64,000 nucleotides of DNA from Octopus sinensis (Eukaryota): contig NC_043003.1 in assembly GCF_006345805.1 (NCBI RefSeq), positions 106,950,001 through 107,014,000 on the forward strand. Direction: 5' to 3'. Below, piece by piece: positions 1-12,895 of the stretch. The notes beneath the pieces were generated by a model that saw only the letters and a program-made list of their open reading frames with translations, had not been told where the DNA came from and searched no databases. The position numbers and the translations under genes are program-made. Numbering within the stretch: the first letter of the stretch is position 1; every line of letters starts with the position of its first letter.

Positions 1-447
1 CTTCACTTAATGTTGGATGGTATTCCATTGCTGGAAATGATAGTTCTTTTTTGGAAATAAAATGGAATTATGACAGAATATTTCTTTTGTAAACTTCAAA
101 GCCAGCATGAAAACAAAGCTAACCATAAAATAATCCATATCAGGAAAATGAAGAGAGATTAATGGTCTTTCAGAACAACTTCTTGGATAATCAAAATGAA
201 TGAGAGAATACTAAAACGGTATGGAACTCCTCGTGTTTCTTGTCATAAATTCTTAACACAATAGCAATGTAAAAGGACAAAATGTTGCCAAACGAAATGG
301 TTTTCAAGAATACCATCAAAGAATCAAAAAATTTCAAGAGTTGAGAAATCTATAGAGAACATTCAGGAATTTTATGATGAAACAAACTGCAACAGAATAT
401 ATTTATGTATATATATATATACATACACACATATATATATACACGTA

Positions 448-492
<45 letters not shown>

Positions 493-575
493 ATACTTTA
501 TTTAAAAGCAGCATAAATATCACAAAAACTGTTACTCAGAGTTTCACGTTCCTGTCCGATGGACAGTTTTGTTAG

Positions 576-629
<54 letters not shown>

Positions 630-945
630 TATACATACATACATATATATACATATATATATATAACGGGAAGGTTTACGAAAATAAACAAAAGACAAAG
701 GCAGGTGGAGTACAAACAAACAATTGTATTAGTATAGCGCTCAGGAATAGAAATAGAAAAAGTCTTTTACGTTTCAAGCCTACGCTCTTCGACAGAAAGA
801 TACACAGAAAAAAACAAGGAGAGAAAAATGCGTGTAGGAGCTAACGATCTATCGTGGCGTCCTGACAGTGGTCAGACGAGAGAATAGTAGGGGAGATAAC
901 AGGGTCAAGTGACTTCCAAAACGAAGGTGCCCTCAATACAAAGGT

Positions 946-1178
946 GCATGTGTGTATAAGAGAGTATGTATGTGTGTGTGAAAGAGCGTATGTGTATAAG
1001 AGTATGTATGTGTATGTGAAAGAGGGCTGGTGGTCTGGACGTGTGTGTGTATGTATGTGTGGGTTTTGTGATGTGATATGTGTATGTATGTGTAAAGATG
1101 TGGGGATGGGTGTGCTGGAGGGAGGAGAGGAGAAGGGATATATACATACATACACATATATATATACAGACATATGTA

Positions 1179-1214
<36 letters not shown>

Positions 1215-1271
1215 CACATATGTGTATATATATATACACATGTATATATATACATATGTATATATATACAT

Positions 1272-1302
<31 letters not shown>

Positions 1303-1579
1303 CATACATACACACACATATATATATACATACACACACACACATATATATACATACATACACACACATATATATACATACATACACACACACATATATA
1401 TATACATACACACATACACACGCATATATATACATACACACATACACACGCATATATATACATACACACATACACACGCATATATATACATACACACATA
1501 CACACGCATATATATACATACACACATATATATACATACACATATATATATATATATATACATACAGACACACACACAT

Positions 1580-1622
<43 letters not shown>

Positions 1623-1672
1623 TATGCATACATACATATATACATATATATACATATACATACATATATATA
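946..1672. repeat. Compound (TA)n/(CA)n/(TACA)n microsatellite
   Basis: Direct inspection; source of the spurious Y/I/H/T and C/V/M ORFs. Confidence 0.95.
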
Positions 1673-2279
1673 GTGGAAGTTACTTATTATAATCATGAAT
1701 ATTGTTATCAAAATTTGGGGGTCCAAACAGCTTCAGCTTAATGTTATCATTGTCCAAAAGGCTTTGTCTCGAAGTGATTACAATATGCAGCTTCTACTGT
1801 ATATCATTCATAAGAGATAATTTTGTTTTAGAATAACTCCACTGAATGTATGTGTGCGTGTAAATATGAATGTGTGCATGTGTGTGTGTTTGTGCATGTG
1901 TGAGAGAGAGAGAGAGAGAGTTTGTGTGCATGTGTGTGTAACCTCTAAATCTCTCATTCCATGGTCAACCATCTAAAATTCATTTTGGTCAGTAATTATT
2001 CTCTTTAGACTATATTTCTCTGCAGCAGCATCACACACACATTTTATTAACATTTATCAGAAGTTACAGAGTGACTCACATACATATAGAGAGAGAGAGG
2101 GGGGAAAGAAATAATGACAGCAAGTAATTAAATATTATATGAAGGGGCAGCTTCAAGTTACTTTTTCGGATTTAGAAAAAATAATTATACTAAGCAATTT
2201 GTTGATAGACTTAAGGGCTTATGACAGAAAAAAAGTTAAGGGAATCAATAATGATGTGAGCCAAATTTTTTCTATATAA

Positions 2280-3365
2280 GCACCACCTGAATATGGCTGA
2301 TGCCAGTGCCGCCTTGACTGGCTTCCATGCCGGTGGCATGTAGAAAGCACCATCCGATCGTGGTCAATGCGAGCCCCCTCTGGGCCCTGTGCTGGTAGCA
2401 CGTAAAAAGCACCATCTGATCATGGTCGATGCCAGCCCTCCCTGGGCGCTGTGCTGGTGGCACGTAAAAAGCACCATCCGATCATGGTCGATGCCAGCCC
2501 TCCCTGGGCGCTGTGCTGGTGGCACGTAAAAAGCACCATCCGATCATGGTCGATGCCAGCCCTCCCTGGGCGCTGTGCTGGTGGCACGTAAAAAGCACCA
2601 TCCGATCATGGTCGATGCCAGCCCTCCCTGGGCGCTGTGCTGGTGGCACGTAAAAAGCACCATCCGATCATGGTCGATGCCAGCCCTCTCTGAGCCCTGT
2701 GCTGGTGACATGTAAAAAGCACCATCCGATCATGGTCGATGCCAGCCCTCCCTGGGCCCTGTGCTGGTGGCACGTAAAAAGCACCATCCGATCATGGTCG
2801 ATGCCAGCCCTCCCTGGGCCCTGTGCTGGTGGCACGTAAAAAGCACCATCCGATCATGGTCGATGCCAGCCCTCCCTGGGCCGTGCTGGTGGCACGTAAA
2901 AAGCACCATCCGATCATGGTCGATGCCAGCCCTCCCTGGGCCGTGCTGGTGGCACGTAAAAAGCACCATCCGATCATGGTCGATGCCAGCCCTCCCTGGG
3001 CCGTGCTGGTGGCACGTAAAAAGCACCATCCGATCATGGTCGATGCCAGCCCTCCCTGGGCCGTGCTGGTGGCACGTAAAAAGCACCATCCGATCATGGT
3101 CGATGCCAGCCCTCTCTGAGCCCTGTGCTGGTGACATGTAAAAAGCACCATCTGATCATGGTCGATGCCAACCCCTCTGGCTCCCATGCTAGTGGCACAT
3201 AAAAAAGCACTCACTACACTCTCAGAGTGGTTGGCGTTAGGAAGGGCAGCCAGCTGTAGAAACCTTGGCAGATCAGATTGGGGCCTGGTGCAGCCTCCGG
3301 GCTTCACAGACCCCAGTCGAACCGTCCAACCCATGGAAAACAGACATTAAACAATGATGATGATG
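2280..3365 (+). mobile_element. RTE-LINE 3' UTR copy with an expanded 60-62 bp tandem array (~14 units) and (GAT)n tail
   Basis: Units gtgctggtggcacgtaaaaagcaccatccgatcatggtcgatgccagccctccctggg, followed by ...ttaggaagggcagccagctgtagaaac...gacattaaacaatgatgatg. The same 3' end lies downstream of RT-coding sequence at 38137-39680 and 53365-54200. Confidence 0.85.
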
Positions 3366-3649
3366 GTGATAATAATAAGGAAAAATCCTCAAAGATACAA
3401 TCTAGTTTTATAGAGTTTAATAACAAACCTGATTAAATTATGAAAAATTTTTTTTTTAAAAAGTGAAAACAAAAACAATAAAAACAATGATAAAAGATTC
3501 ATAAACAAATCAAATAAAATAAAATAAATTAAAGAAAACACTTTTTAAGATTGTTTTCAATATGAAAACAAAATAAAAGTGATACAAAAAAAATAATTAA
3601 AACAAACCTGTATATAAATGAAACTGATTATAATAAAAGGATAATAATA

Positions 3650-4110
3650 CTGTAAGCACAAGATTAGAAATTATGGGGGGCTGGGGGCTGGTCAATGACA
3701 TCCTCCCCACCTCACCTCCAGGACTCAACTGATACTTTATCAATCCCAAAAGGAAGAAAGGCAAAGTTGACCTTGGTGGTATTTGAACTCAGAACGTGAA
3801 GACAGATGAAATGCCACTTCTAGCATATTGCTTGGCATGCTAACCACTCTGCCAGCTTGCCACCATGATGATGATAATAATAATAATAATAATCTTTTCT
3901 ACAATAGGTACAAGGCCTGAAATTTGGGGGAGGGCGCTAGTCAATTATATCAACCCCCAGTATTTCACTGGTACTAAACTTATTGATCCCCAAAAGGATG
4001 AAAAGCAAAGTCGACCTTCACAGAATTTGAACTCAGAACATGGTGGTAGACGAAATACTGCTAAGCATTTTGCTCAGCATGCTAACAATTCTGCCAGTTC
4101 ACTGCCTTCA
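3650..4110 (-). mobile_element. Two adjacent copies of tRNA-headed SINE family B (ggcgagctggcagaa...gagttcaaattcc...gtcgactttgcctttcatcc)
   Basis: B-box-like GAGTTCAAAT and a conserved body. Other copies at about 23175-23490, 29098-29330, 36180-36330, 40220-40425, 46910-47125 and 57517-57725. Confidence 0.75.
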
Positions 4111-4731
4111 AAAACAACAACAATAACAATAATAATAATAATAATATACCACTAGAGCACTAAATAGTGAAAAAAATAAAAGTTTATAGTTTTGAAGTAA
4201 CTTAGAAAATATAAACATATTTTTTTCCCCATTTCGACCTGAGGTTAATCCTAAAAATTTGTCATTCATTTAAAATTAATTGAATTCCATTAAAAATAAT
4301 GAATAAGCAAAAATTTCTGAAGTTTGTGGGTGAAAGATTGTATTGTTGACTCTTCAGATTCCTTTGTTAAATTAAAAGCTTATTGGTCCACATATTTTTG
4401 AATTAATCTTGGCTTATCTCACAGCATTGAGATTTTGATGATGTGATTATTTAGTTTTAGAATGGCATTGTAGAGGAGGTGTGAAAGGCTGGATCTGGCA
4501 ATACTTAACATAAAAATAGGTGGAATATTTTGGTTAGTATGGCTGGTCTAAATGCTAAAGGGTGAAATAAAAGTGAAGAATGAGAACAAAAGTCTATGAG
4601 GGCCAGAAGTGGATGTAAGTGAAATGATTACAAGGAGACACCAGACACTAGATTACAGAACCAGCACACCGATGTAGTAGTAGTAGTAGTAGTAGTCATC
4701 GATCTTAAACTAGAGGTAAAATAGAGAAAAA

Positions 4732-5454
4732 CGGTCAATATAAAATTTTTCACCCAGGAACAAAAAAAGAATTAACCAGCCTAGGGGGTTGTTAACAAGC
4801 GTATGAAAAGCGAATATGAAAAAAAATGCATGCTGACGACCCCCCCCTCCGGGGGGGGGGGGCCTTTCATAAAATTCACAAGATCCGATTTTTCCGTCAA
4901 ATTCAGGTAAAATGGAGGAACCAAATCTGAAAAAAAAATTTTTTTTAAATCACATTTTCAAAATTTCATTATGTTATCGCAGTTTTGTGAGATTTGGCTG
5001 TTATTTCTAGCATGTGGATAGCCGGCTTGAAGGCCTGTGGGTATGTGTTCTTTTTTTTTCTTTTTATTCTTGTTGAAAAATTGAAATTTTACAAATTTTT
5101 TTCAGAATCATAATCAAAAAAAAAAAAATTATTTCCGGAAAAAATGAAAAATGAAAAGGGTGGGGATTGAAATTTTGAAAATGCGATTAAAAAAAATTTT
5201 TTTTCAGAATCGGTTCCTCCATAACCAAAAACGTGGGATTCGTAAAAAAAAAAAATCAATATATATCCACTTTACCTGAATTTATAACGGAAAAATTGGA
5301 TCGTGTGAATTTTCCAAAAGTCCCTTCCCAACGCCCCCAGGGTCATCAGCTTGCATTTTGTTTTTCATATTTGTTTTCCATACACTTATTAACACCCACC
5401 AGGCTGGTTAATTTGTTTCGTTTTGTTCCCGGGTGAAGGTCTTTATATTGACCG
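4732..5454. mobile_element. Foldback/MITE-like element with long (~240 bp) imperfect terminal inverted repeats
   Basis: cggtcaatataaa...aattaaccagcc...ttcaggtaaaatggaggaacc...ttttcaaaatttca on the left is mirrored by gaaattttgaaaa...ggttcctcca...tttacctgaa...ggctggttaatt...tttatattgaccg on the right. Confidence 0.8.
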
Positions 5455-5788
5455 AAAAAGCTGGGTGAGTTAATGAACCACTTTGATAAACCAAAGACCA
5501 AATTAACAGACTTTAAAATAATCACCTTCAGCTCCGTCTCCAAACCAAATAAATCTTTCATTTTCCATAATGTTCTTCTGAAATAATTTTGAAACTACCA
5601 AAGAAAGAATAATTTTAGCTGTTATTTCTATACTTTATCACCAAATTTTGTTGGTTTTCTTTTTCTGGATATCTTAGAACACTATATAAATAACTGGACT
5701 TTCTCAGATTAAAAACAGGATGTTGCTAGGCCTCAACCCTAGACCATACAAAGATTCTGTGGTAGTTTAATTGGAGAATAATGAAATT

Positions 5789-5820
<32 letters not shown>

Positions 5821-5946
5821 TTATATACATACATATCTGTAATATGCGTACATATATACATGTTGGAGTATAAAGCGCCATTCATTCCTCTGACCATTTC
5901 CTTTAGTTGTTTGTCTTAATACATATTCTTAACCTTTGTTTATACC

Positions 5947-5986
<40 letters not shown>

Positions 5987-6154
5987 TATATATATAAATG
6001 CACACACATACATATAAATGCACACACACACACATGCACACACCATATTTATTCATACATATACTCTGTTGTTATAAAAGATAAAAGAACAAAAAAAAAA
6101 ACACAAAATATGTTCGATTGATTAAATGTTTGATTCAATGTATTTCTGTTTGAG

Positions 6155-6185
<31 letters not shown>

Positions 6186-6245
6186 CTTTCTGATTTATTT
6201 TGATTTTTGGCCGGAAATTTTTTCAGTTTGATGGGTGGTCATCAG

Positions 6246-6861
6246 CTAACCCTCTTTATTGTTCCCTGTCCTGTTACGTTTAGACTTCCTGGAATTCATC
6301 TTATCCAAGTATTCTAAACGCCGAAAGAATAAATTTTTTGCAAAATCATAAAATATCATATCTATTTTGTTGAGTGTGGTAATTTGAACAAGTTGGTCCC
6401 ATGTGAGATTCACTCTGTTGCTACGTGTGTAATTATATTGTTCAAAATCTTCATGAAAATTTAAGTGGAACGTACTTTCAAATAACTTCTGAGATTGTAA
6501 CTGAAATTCTGTCATTCCAAAGAAAGCCATATTTAATAGATTTTCTTTGGCGCTTTCCAACATAATATCATTTCTTTCTTTCTCACTCATCTCAGTACGA
6601 TTATAACAATTCACTTTGCTCAAATTGGCAAGCATTCGGACTTGTCTGTTGACGGCCATATTACTTGGGCATTCCAGGAAAGAGTCCAACGAGACGTTGC
6701 GCCAGTTACTGCCCTTATAACAAAAGGGTACTTCTTCAAGAGTGGCATCGTTACCATTGCAACGGTAATTGGTTGACTTCCAAGTAGCACCACGAAATAC
6801 ATGCCGCCACTCACTCAGGTATCGATGGACCGGATGACGTAAAAATGTAATGTACTTATAT
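6246..6861 (-). CDS. HS6ST: Heparan sulfate 6-O-sulfotransferase, coding exon 2 (terminal)
   Basis: Acceptor tctctttctctttgtAG (AG at 6863-6862) with a CTAAT branch-like motif at 6894-6890. Splicing gives ...KRKRK-YKYITFLRHPVHRYLSEWRHVFRGATWK...CPSNMAVNRQVRMLA...AFFGMTEFQ...FESTF to TAG at 6246. 581+616=1197 nt = 398 aa + stop, open throughout. Confidence 0.97.
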
Positions 6862-7787
6862 CTACAAAGAGAAAGAGAGAGAGTAGGATATTAGAAATGC
6901 ATGAAAAACATGATAGAAACATCATGAGAAAAAAAAAAGAAAACACTCGTTTGAAACGAATACAATTTATTAACGAACTGACCTGAAGCATCACTGGTTA
7001 TATAATACAAAGTAGTCGCCATTTTATGGCATTATTTTAAAATTTAAATTCAACTCCTTTGTAAACATACTTTTAATGAAATAAACTACACTCTTGGAGT
7101 GGTTGGCATTAGGAAGGGCATCCAGCTGTAGAAACTCTGCCAGATCAAGATTGGAGCCTGGTGCAGCCATCTGGCTCGCCAGCCCTCAGTCAAAATCGTC
7201 CAACCCATACTAGCAGGGAAAGCGGACGTTAAATGATGATGATGATGATGAAACTGTTTTAATTAATTTTGAAAACAAGTATTTGAAGATATTAAATAAA
7301 AACAAACAATTTATAGGTTGTTGCTGTTTAACCCAAGGACAGTCTTACTGAAGCTGACCTACGATCAAAGACAATCAACTTGTGACCAACTTGTCTTTTT
7401 AGGTATAAGTAAGGCTACATTGCCTAAAATGTCCTTTACTTACTTAAGATGACAGGATGCAATTTGAGGAGAGAGATTTGGTTACTGCTTTTAACAAGTG
7501 TAGTGACCACATAGAGGGTCCTTCTGCAATAGTATATTAAATTGGTGTCTAGAACCAAACTTACCCCTCCTGAAAACAGCCCACCTGAGATCACTCCTTC
7601 ATTCAATAATACAAATTTTTTGTCTATCTCTGAGAATGTGAAATCATGCCAAGACACCGGTGTCTGATTGGCCCTGATGAGGGAATGAGTGTGTTGTTAG
7701 GATGAAGTCATTCTCCAGGATGAAAACTAGCAATCTAAAGTTGTGTTCTCATTTAAGTCTGTTGAAAAATGTCAGGAATAGGTGCAT

Positions 7788-7848
<61 letters not shown>

Positions 7849-7904
7849 ATACTTGAATTTAAAGTATTTATTTGTCAATTGTCATACAAATAATATAAAT
7901 GTTG

Positions 7905-8140
7905 TGTAAGCTCTGCTGGGCTGGACATGTCACAAGGTTCATAGACAACAGGTGGACTTGTGCAATTGTTGAGTGGCATCCAAGGTATTATAAAAAGGCC
8001 ACTAGGAAAGCCTTCCACAACAATGGGAAGATGGTTTAGTCAAGCAATTTGAGTCAAGGTAGAAAAGAATGGAGCAATCAAGACAATTGGACATCGTGAC
8101 TAGTGGTGTTTAACAGAATCTGATGATCTGGCCAATACTG
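7905..8140 (+). mobile_element. Degenerate RTE-type LINE ORF C-terminal fragment
   Basis: Translates as KLCWAGHVTRFIDNRWTCAIVEWHPR, matching the WAGHxxR...W motif of the RTE C-terminus. Confidence 0.65.
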
Positions 8141-8511
8141 TTGTAATATAAATGCTACATATATAAAAGATTAACATCTTCAATTTCATTCCATAGTGAA
8201 GATTTGTTTTAACAGGTTTCATGATGATGATGATGATGCATAAACCATAGTGGAAGGTGATGAGTTCACAGAAATGGTCAAGAAATAAACAAAATTCCTG
8301 GATACAGCAAGTTTACAACTCAGGGAAATATTGAGCTGATTCAATTGACTACCGTTGCTTCCACAAAAGTGAAGCCTTGCAGCTCTCTTTGTGATCAGTA
8401 TCACAGAAGAGCAGTCTTTTGGAGCATCAGAAATACTCCCAAAGAATGAAAATAATTGACAGCAAATACAATTTAAAGAAGAAAAAAAAAGGCTCAACAA
8501 GAACAGATTAA

Positions 8512-8724
8512 CCCTTTTGTTACCATATTCCTGTGCTGTGTTTCTTTCAATTAATTTTAAATATAACAAAGAATTTAGTAAAATAACTTAGTTATCATTC
8601 AGGTATTGTTAGGAACATAAATTGTGACTAAAGTTTGGTGGAAGATTTTAAATCAAAACTTATGAAAACAAGACATTTGTACTCAGAGCCAGAGCAGGTT
8701 TCATCCAGGATGGTATCAAAAGGG
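8512..8724. mobile_element. piggyBac-type MITE (TTAA TSD), copy 1
   Basis: TTAA-ccctttt(g)ttacc...ggtatcaaaaggg-TTAA. Confidence 0.85.
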
Positions 8725-8744
8725 TTAAATTAATCATTTGTTAA

Positions 8745-8965
8745 CCCTTTTGTTACCATACTTCTGTTGAGATGCTCTGTGTTTCTTTCAATTAATTTTA
8801 AATATAACAAAGAATTTAGTAGAATAATTTAGTTATCATTCAGCTAGTATTAGGAACATAAATTGTGACTAAGGTTTGGTGGAAGATTTTAATTCAAAAC
8901 TTATAGAAATAAGACATTTGTACTACACAGCCAGAAGTGGTTTCAGCCGGGTTGTAACAAAAGGG
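8745..8965. mobile_element. piggyBac-type MITE (TTAA TSD), copy 2
   Basis: TTAA-cccttttgttac...gtaacaaaaggg-TTAA; same internal sequence as copy 1. Confidence 0.88.
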
Positions 8966-9559
8966 TTAATAATAGATCACTTAACTCTGTAGTTTAGCCT
9001 CAGGAAGGTAAACCTTGATTAAAAGGACCTATCCAAATGGTAATCATCCTATATTTTTTTTCTCTTTAAGGTATCCAGGTGTGTATTATCCTAAATGTCT
9101 CCTGCACAGGTAAGGCTGTGAGGTTGAGAAACTGACTTCCCAACTATCTGGTTTTAGTTCCAGTGTTTTTCTACAACAGCCCCACCCCCCAAGCTGAACA
9201 AAGCCTTATGAATGGATTTAGAAAACAGAAACTGAAAGAAGCCCACTCTATATGTATGTATGTGTGTGTATGTTTTTGTGTGTACCCTTGTCTTGATATC
9301 ATATAATGGTTGTAAATGAGCAGCCTTGTCATACAAGAGGGATTGTTTCCAGTCTTTTGTGCAAAGCATGCCTAGCCATGAGGAAATATTACTTTGTTTG
9401 GAAACAGTTGAGGGTTGGTGACAGGAAGGGCATCCAGCCATAGGAGAGATTTACCTCAACAAATTCTGTCTGACCCAATCAAGCAGGGAAAAGTGGATGT
9501 TAACAATAATGATGATCAAAGAATCAAATCAAAATCGATCAACATCAATGGAATTTGTA

Positions 9560-9960
9560 GTTTTGTGGTACCAATGCCGGTGGCACATAAGAAAACCATC
9601 CGAATGTGGCCGTAGCCAGTGCCGTATCGACTGGCCTCTGTGCTGGTGGCATGTAACAAACACCATCCGATCGTGGCCGTGCCAGCCTCGCCTGGACTCT
9701 GTGCCGGTGGCATGTAAAAAACACCATCTGAGCGTGGCCGTTCGCCAGCCTCATCTGGCACCTGTGTCGGTGGCACATAAAAAGCACCCACTACACTCAC
9801 GGAGTGGATGGCGTTAGGAAGGGCATCCAGCTGTAGAAACATTGCCAGATAAGACTGGAGCCTGGTGCAGCCTTCTGGCTTCCCAGATCCCCGGTCGAAC
9901 CGTCCAACCCATGCTAGCATGGAAAGCAGACGTTAAACGATGATGATGATGATGATAATA
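9560..9960 (+). mobile_element. RTE-LINE 3' UTR copy (4 motif units, (GAT)n tail)
   Basis: Same family as 2280-3365. Further copies at about 7085-7250(+), 12505-12840(-), 13545-13935(-), 20845-21400(-), 43795-44040(+), 49770-50055(-), 50515-50745(-), 52825-53010(+) and 54395-54765(-). Confidence 0.85.
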
Positions 9961-10173
9961 GTGATGATGATGATAGCGATGATGACGATGATGATGCGAA
10001 TGTACGATTTGAAGGAGATCTGGCTACTATTACTTGCAGGTTGAGTGACTGACGTAAAAGCTCCTGCATTGACTTGGGATAGATACAAACTCAGGTTCTA
10101 AAAGAAAATCCGACCAACACTATCAGCAATACTGTGAAATTACATTTTCCATTAGAATGGAATACTATGTTAA

Positions 10174-10394
10174 CCCTTTCGTTACTGTATTTCTGTTGAG
10201 ATGCTCTGTATTTCTTTCAATTACTTTAAATATAACAAAGAATTTAGTAAAATAACTTAGTTATCATTAAGCTAGTGTTTGCAACATAAATTGTGACTAA
10301 GGCTTGGTGGAAGATTTTAATTCAAAACTTATGAAAACAAGACATTTGTACAACAGAGCCAGAGCCGGTTTCAGCCGGGTTGGTAATGAAAGGG
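10174..10394. mobile_element. piggyBac-type MITE (TTAA TSD), copy 3
   Basis: TTAA-ccctttcgttac...gtaatgaaaggg-TTAA. Confidence 0.88.
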
Positions 10395-10479
10395 TTAAAC
10401 TCTTTCTTGTTCATGCGGTGTGGCAACAGATGGAGCTAAATACACAACAAGGAAAAAGCAAATTTTTTTTTTTTCAGAA

Positions 10480-10845
10480 GGCGCAGGAGTGGCTGTGTGG
10501 TAAGTAGCTTGCTAACCAACCACACGGTTGCGGGTTCAGTCCCACTGCGTGGCACCTTGGGCAAGTGTCTTCTGCTATAGCCCTGGGCCGACCAATGCCT
10601 TGTGAGTGGATTTGGTAGACGGAAACTGAAAGAAGCCTGTCGTATATATGTATATATATGTATATGTGTGTGTGTTTGTGTGTCTGTGTTTGTCTCCCTA
10701 GCATTGCTTGACAACCGATGCTGGTGTGTTTACGTCCCTGTCACTTAGCGGTTCGGCAAAAAGAGACCGATAGAATAAGTACTAAAGGTGGTGCTCCAGC
10801 ATGGCCGCAGTAAAATGACTGAAACAAGTAAAAGAGTAAAAGAGT
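10480..10845 (+). mobile_element. tRNA-derived SINE family A with CORE-like segment and internal (TA)n(TG)n microsatellite
   Basis: A-box-like tggctgtgtggt and B-box-like ggttcagtccc. gtggcaccttgggcaagtgtctt resembles the CORE/MIR motif. Tail gactgaaacaagtaaaagagtaaaagag. Confidence 0.85.
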
Positions 10846-12848
10846 AAGTGATTCTCTGATTGCAATAAGTTATAAGACTCAGCAAACAGGGTCAGTGAGA
10901 ATTAAATGTCTCCGTCACCCTGTCACCCACCAACGTCAGTGTGACTGCTTCTATAGAAACTAACAAACCTCCAACATGTAATCCAGTACAACGACCTAAT
11001 TTCTTTCAATTGCATAAAGACAATGGCTTTCACATATCAATGAAACCAACTAGCTAAAGAGTGAAGGGTCAATACCAGTTTCTCAGTTTGCTAGAAATAG
11101 CAGTCAAATTCATCTAAAATCTTACTCTATATGTAGGCGTGTCTGTGCGGTAAGAAGTTTGCTTCTCAACCACATGGTTCCGGGTTCAGTCCCATTGCGT
11201 GGCACCTTGGGCAAGTGTCTTCTATAGCCTCAGATCAACCAAAGTCTTGTGAGTGGATTTTGTAGATGGAAACTGAAAAGAAGCCTGTCATATACATACA
11301 TGTGTGTGAGTGTGTCTTTGTGTCTGTGTTTGGTCTCCCCACCACTGCTTGACAACCCGTGTTGGTTTGATTATGTCCCTGTCACTTAGCAGTTCAGCCA
11401 AAGAGATTGCTAGGACAAGTCCCGGGGTCAATTCATCAGACTAAGAACTCTCCAAGGTGGTGCCCCAGCATGGCCGCAGTCTACTGACTGAAACAGGTGA
11501 AAGACATGCTTTGAAGAAAGGAAGAACATATCAAGTGATAGGTCGGCTCAGTCAAGGCTTAACAGGAACCAAACAATTGAAAGACTTGGATGGAAACCTT
11601 TCTAGTTTCATGAATAACACCATAAACAAAATGACCCCACAAAAGGCTGAAATTCTTTTCAGGGCCAGCTTGGCTATTTGCTGACTTTTTATTCTGTTAA
11701 CCAAAAAGTTAACTTCAATAACTGTTAATCAGTTAATTGCTAATGTAATTGAAGTTATCGGTAAACCATTAACGTTAATTTTTATTATAGAAAAAAAACT
11801 CATTTTTTGTTCTAAGTCCACCTAAAAACACATTTAAAAAGTGCCAAAACTGTAAAATCCGTTAACTTCAATTGAATTGAAACCAACAAAAGTTAACTCA
11901 AGTTGGCTTGAGTTAACGGAAGTTAAATGTAATGGAAGTTAATTAGTCTGATAATGATTTCCAAAGTTAACTTAAAAGGTAATCGTTAATGAAAATGTTG
12001 ACTTTGTTAATTAACAATCACTGGATTAATGGTTTGGTACCCAAGTTTGTGTATGTGTGTGTGTGTCCCACTAACACTTGGCAACCGGTGTTGGTGCATT
12101 TATGTCCCCTTAACGTAGCAGTTTGGCAAAGAGACCAATAGAATCAGTACTAAACTTAAAAATAGAGAAGGAATGAAGAAGATTCATTCCACTAAAAGAT
12201 TCTTCAAGGCAGTGCTTCAGCATGGCCGCAGTCTAATGACTGAAACAAGTAAAAGATTAAAAAAATATTCTCCCCCCCCCCTCACCTATGATCCCCTTTG
12301 ATTGCTATTCTACTCTGCTGGACCCCTGTAGCCATTCAATGCTTAAAGAGGTCCCATAATATTTTTATAATCAATTATTATTGGGAATTGTATTAAAAAT
12401 AAAACTGTTGAATATTTTCTGTATTGTAAAAGTATTTCCTAATTTTAACAGCAAAATCTTATGCAGACCCCCAAAGGCCAACTGGACCCTGCTTGGAAAC
12501 CACTCATCATCATCGTCGTTTAAAGTCTACCTTCCGTGCTGGCATGGATTGGACGGTTTGACTGAGGTCCGGCAAGCCAGGAGGCTGCACCAGGCTCCAA
12601 TCCGATCTGGCAAAGTTTCTACAGCTGGATGCCCTTCCTAACGCCAACCACTCAGAAAGTGTAGTGGGTGCTTTTTAAGTGCCACCAGCACAGGGGCCAG
12701 TCAGGCAACACTGGCATAGACCATGCATAAATGGTGCTTTTTAAGTGCCACCAACACAGGGGCCAGTCAGGCAACACTGGCATAGACCATGCATAAATGG
12801 TGCTTTTTAAGTGCCACCAGCATGGGAGCCAATCAGTCAGTTAGATAG

Positions 12849-12895
<47 letters not shown>

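Noticed and set aside
841-1741. Long ORFs rich in Y/I/H/T or C/V/M (also 14554-15492, 55610-56344, 61967-62435)
   Set aside because: Translations of dinucleotide microsatellites that are open in several frames.
2388-3170. 60-62 bp array as a CRISPR array
   Set aside because: Units are near-identical along their whole length, with no unique spacers and no cas genes; it lies in a eukaryotic LINE 3' UTR.
6620-6814. Separate 64-aa ORF or frameshift in exon 2
   Set aside because: This is an alternative frame; the HS6ST frame is continuous from 6861 to 6246.
10480-10555. tRNA genes at SINE heads
   Set aside because: A/B boxes are present, but they run straight into SINE bodies in many copies and I cannot build a full cloverleaf.
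11660-12045. GTTAAC-rich segment as a regulatory site cluster
   Set aside because: More simply explained as subterminal repeats of a decayed non-autonomous DNA transposon; the ends could not be defined.
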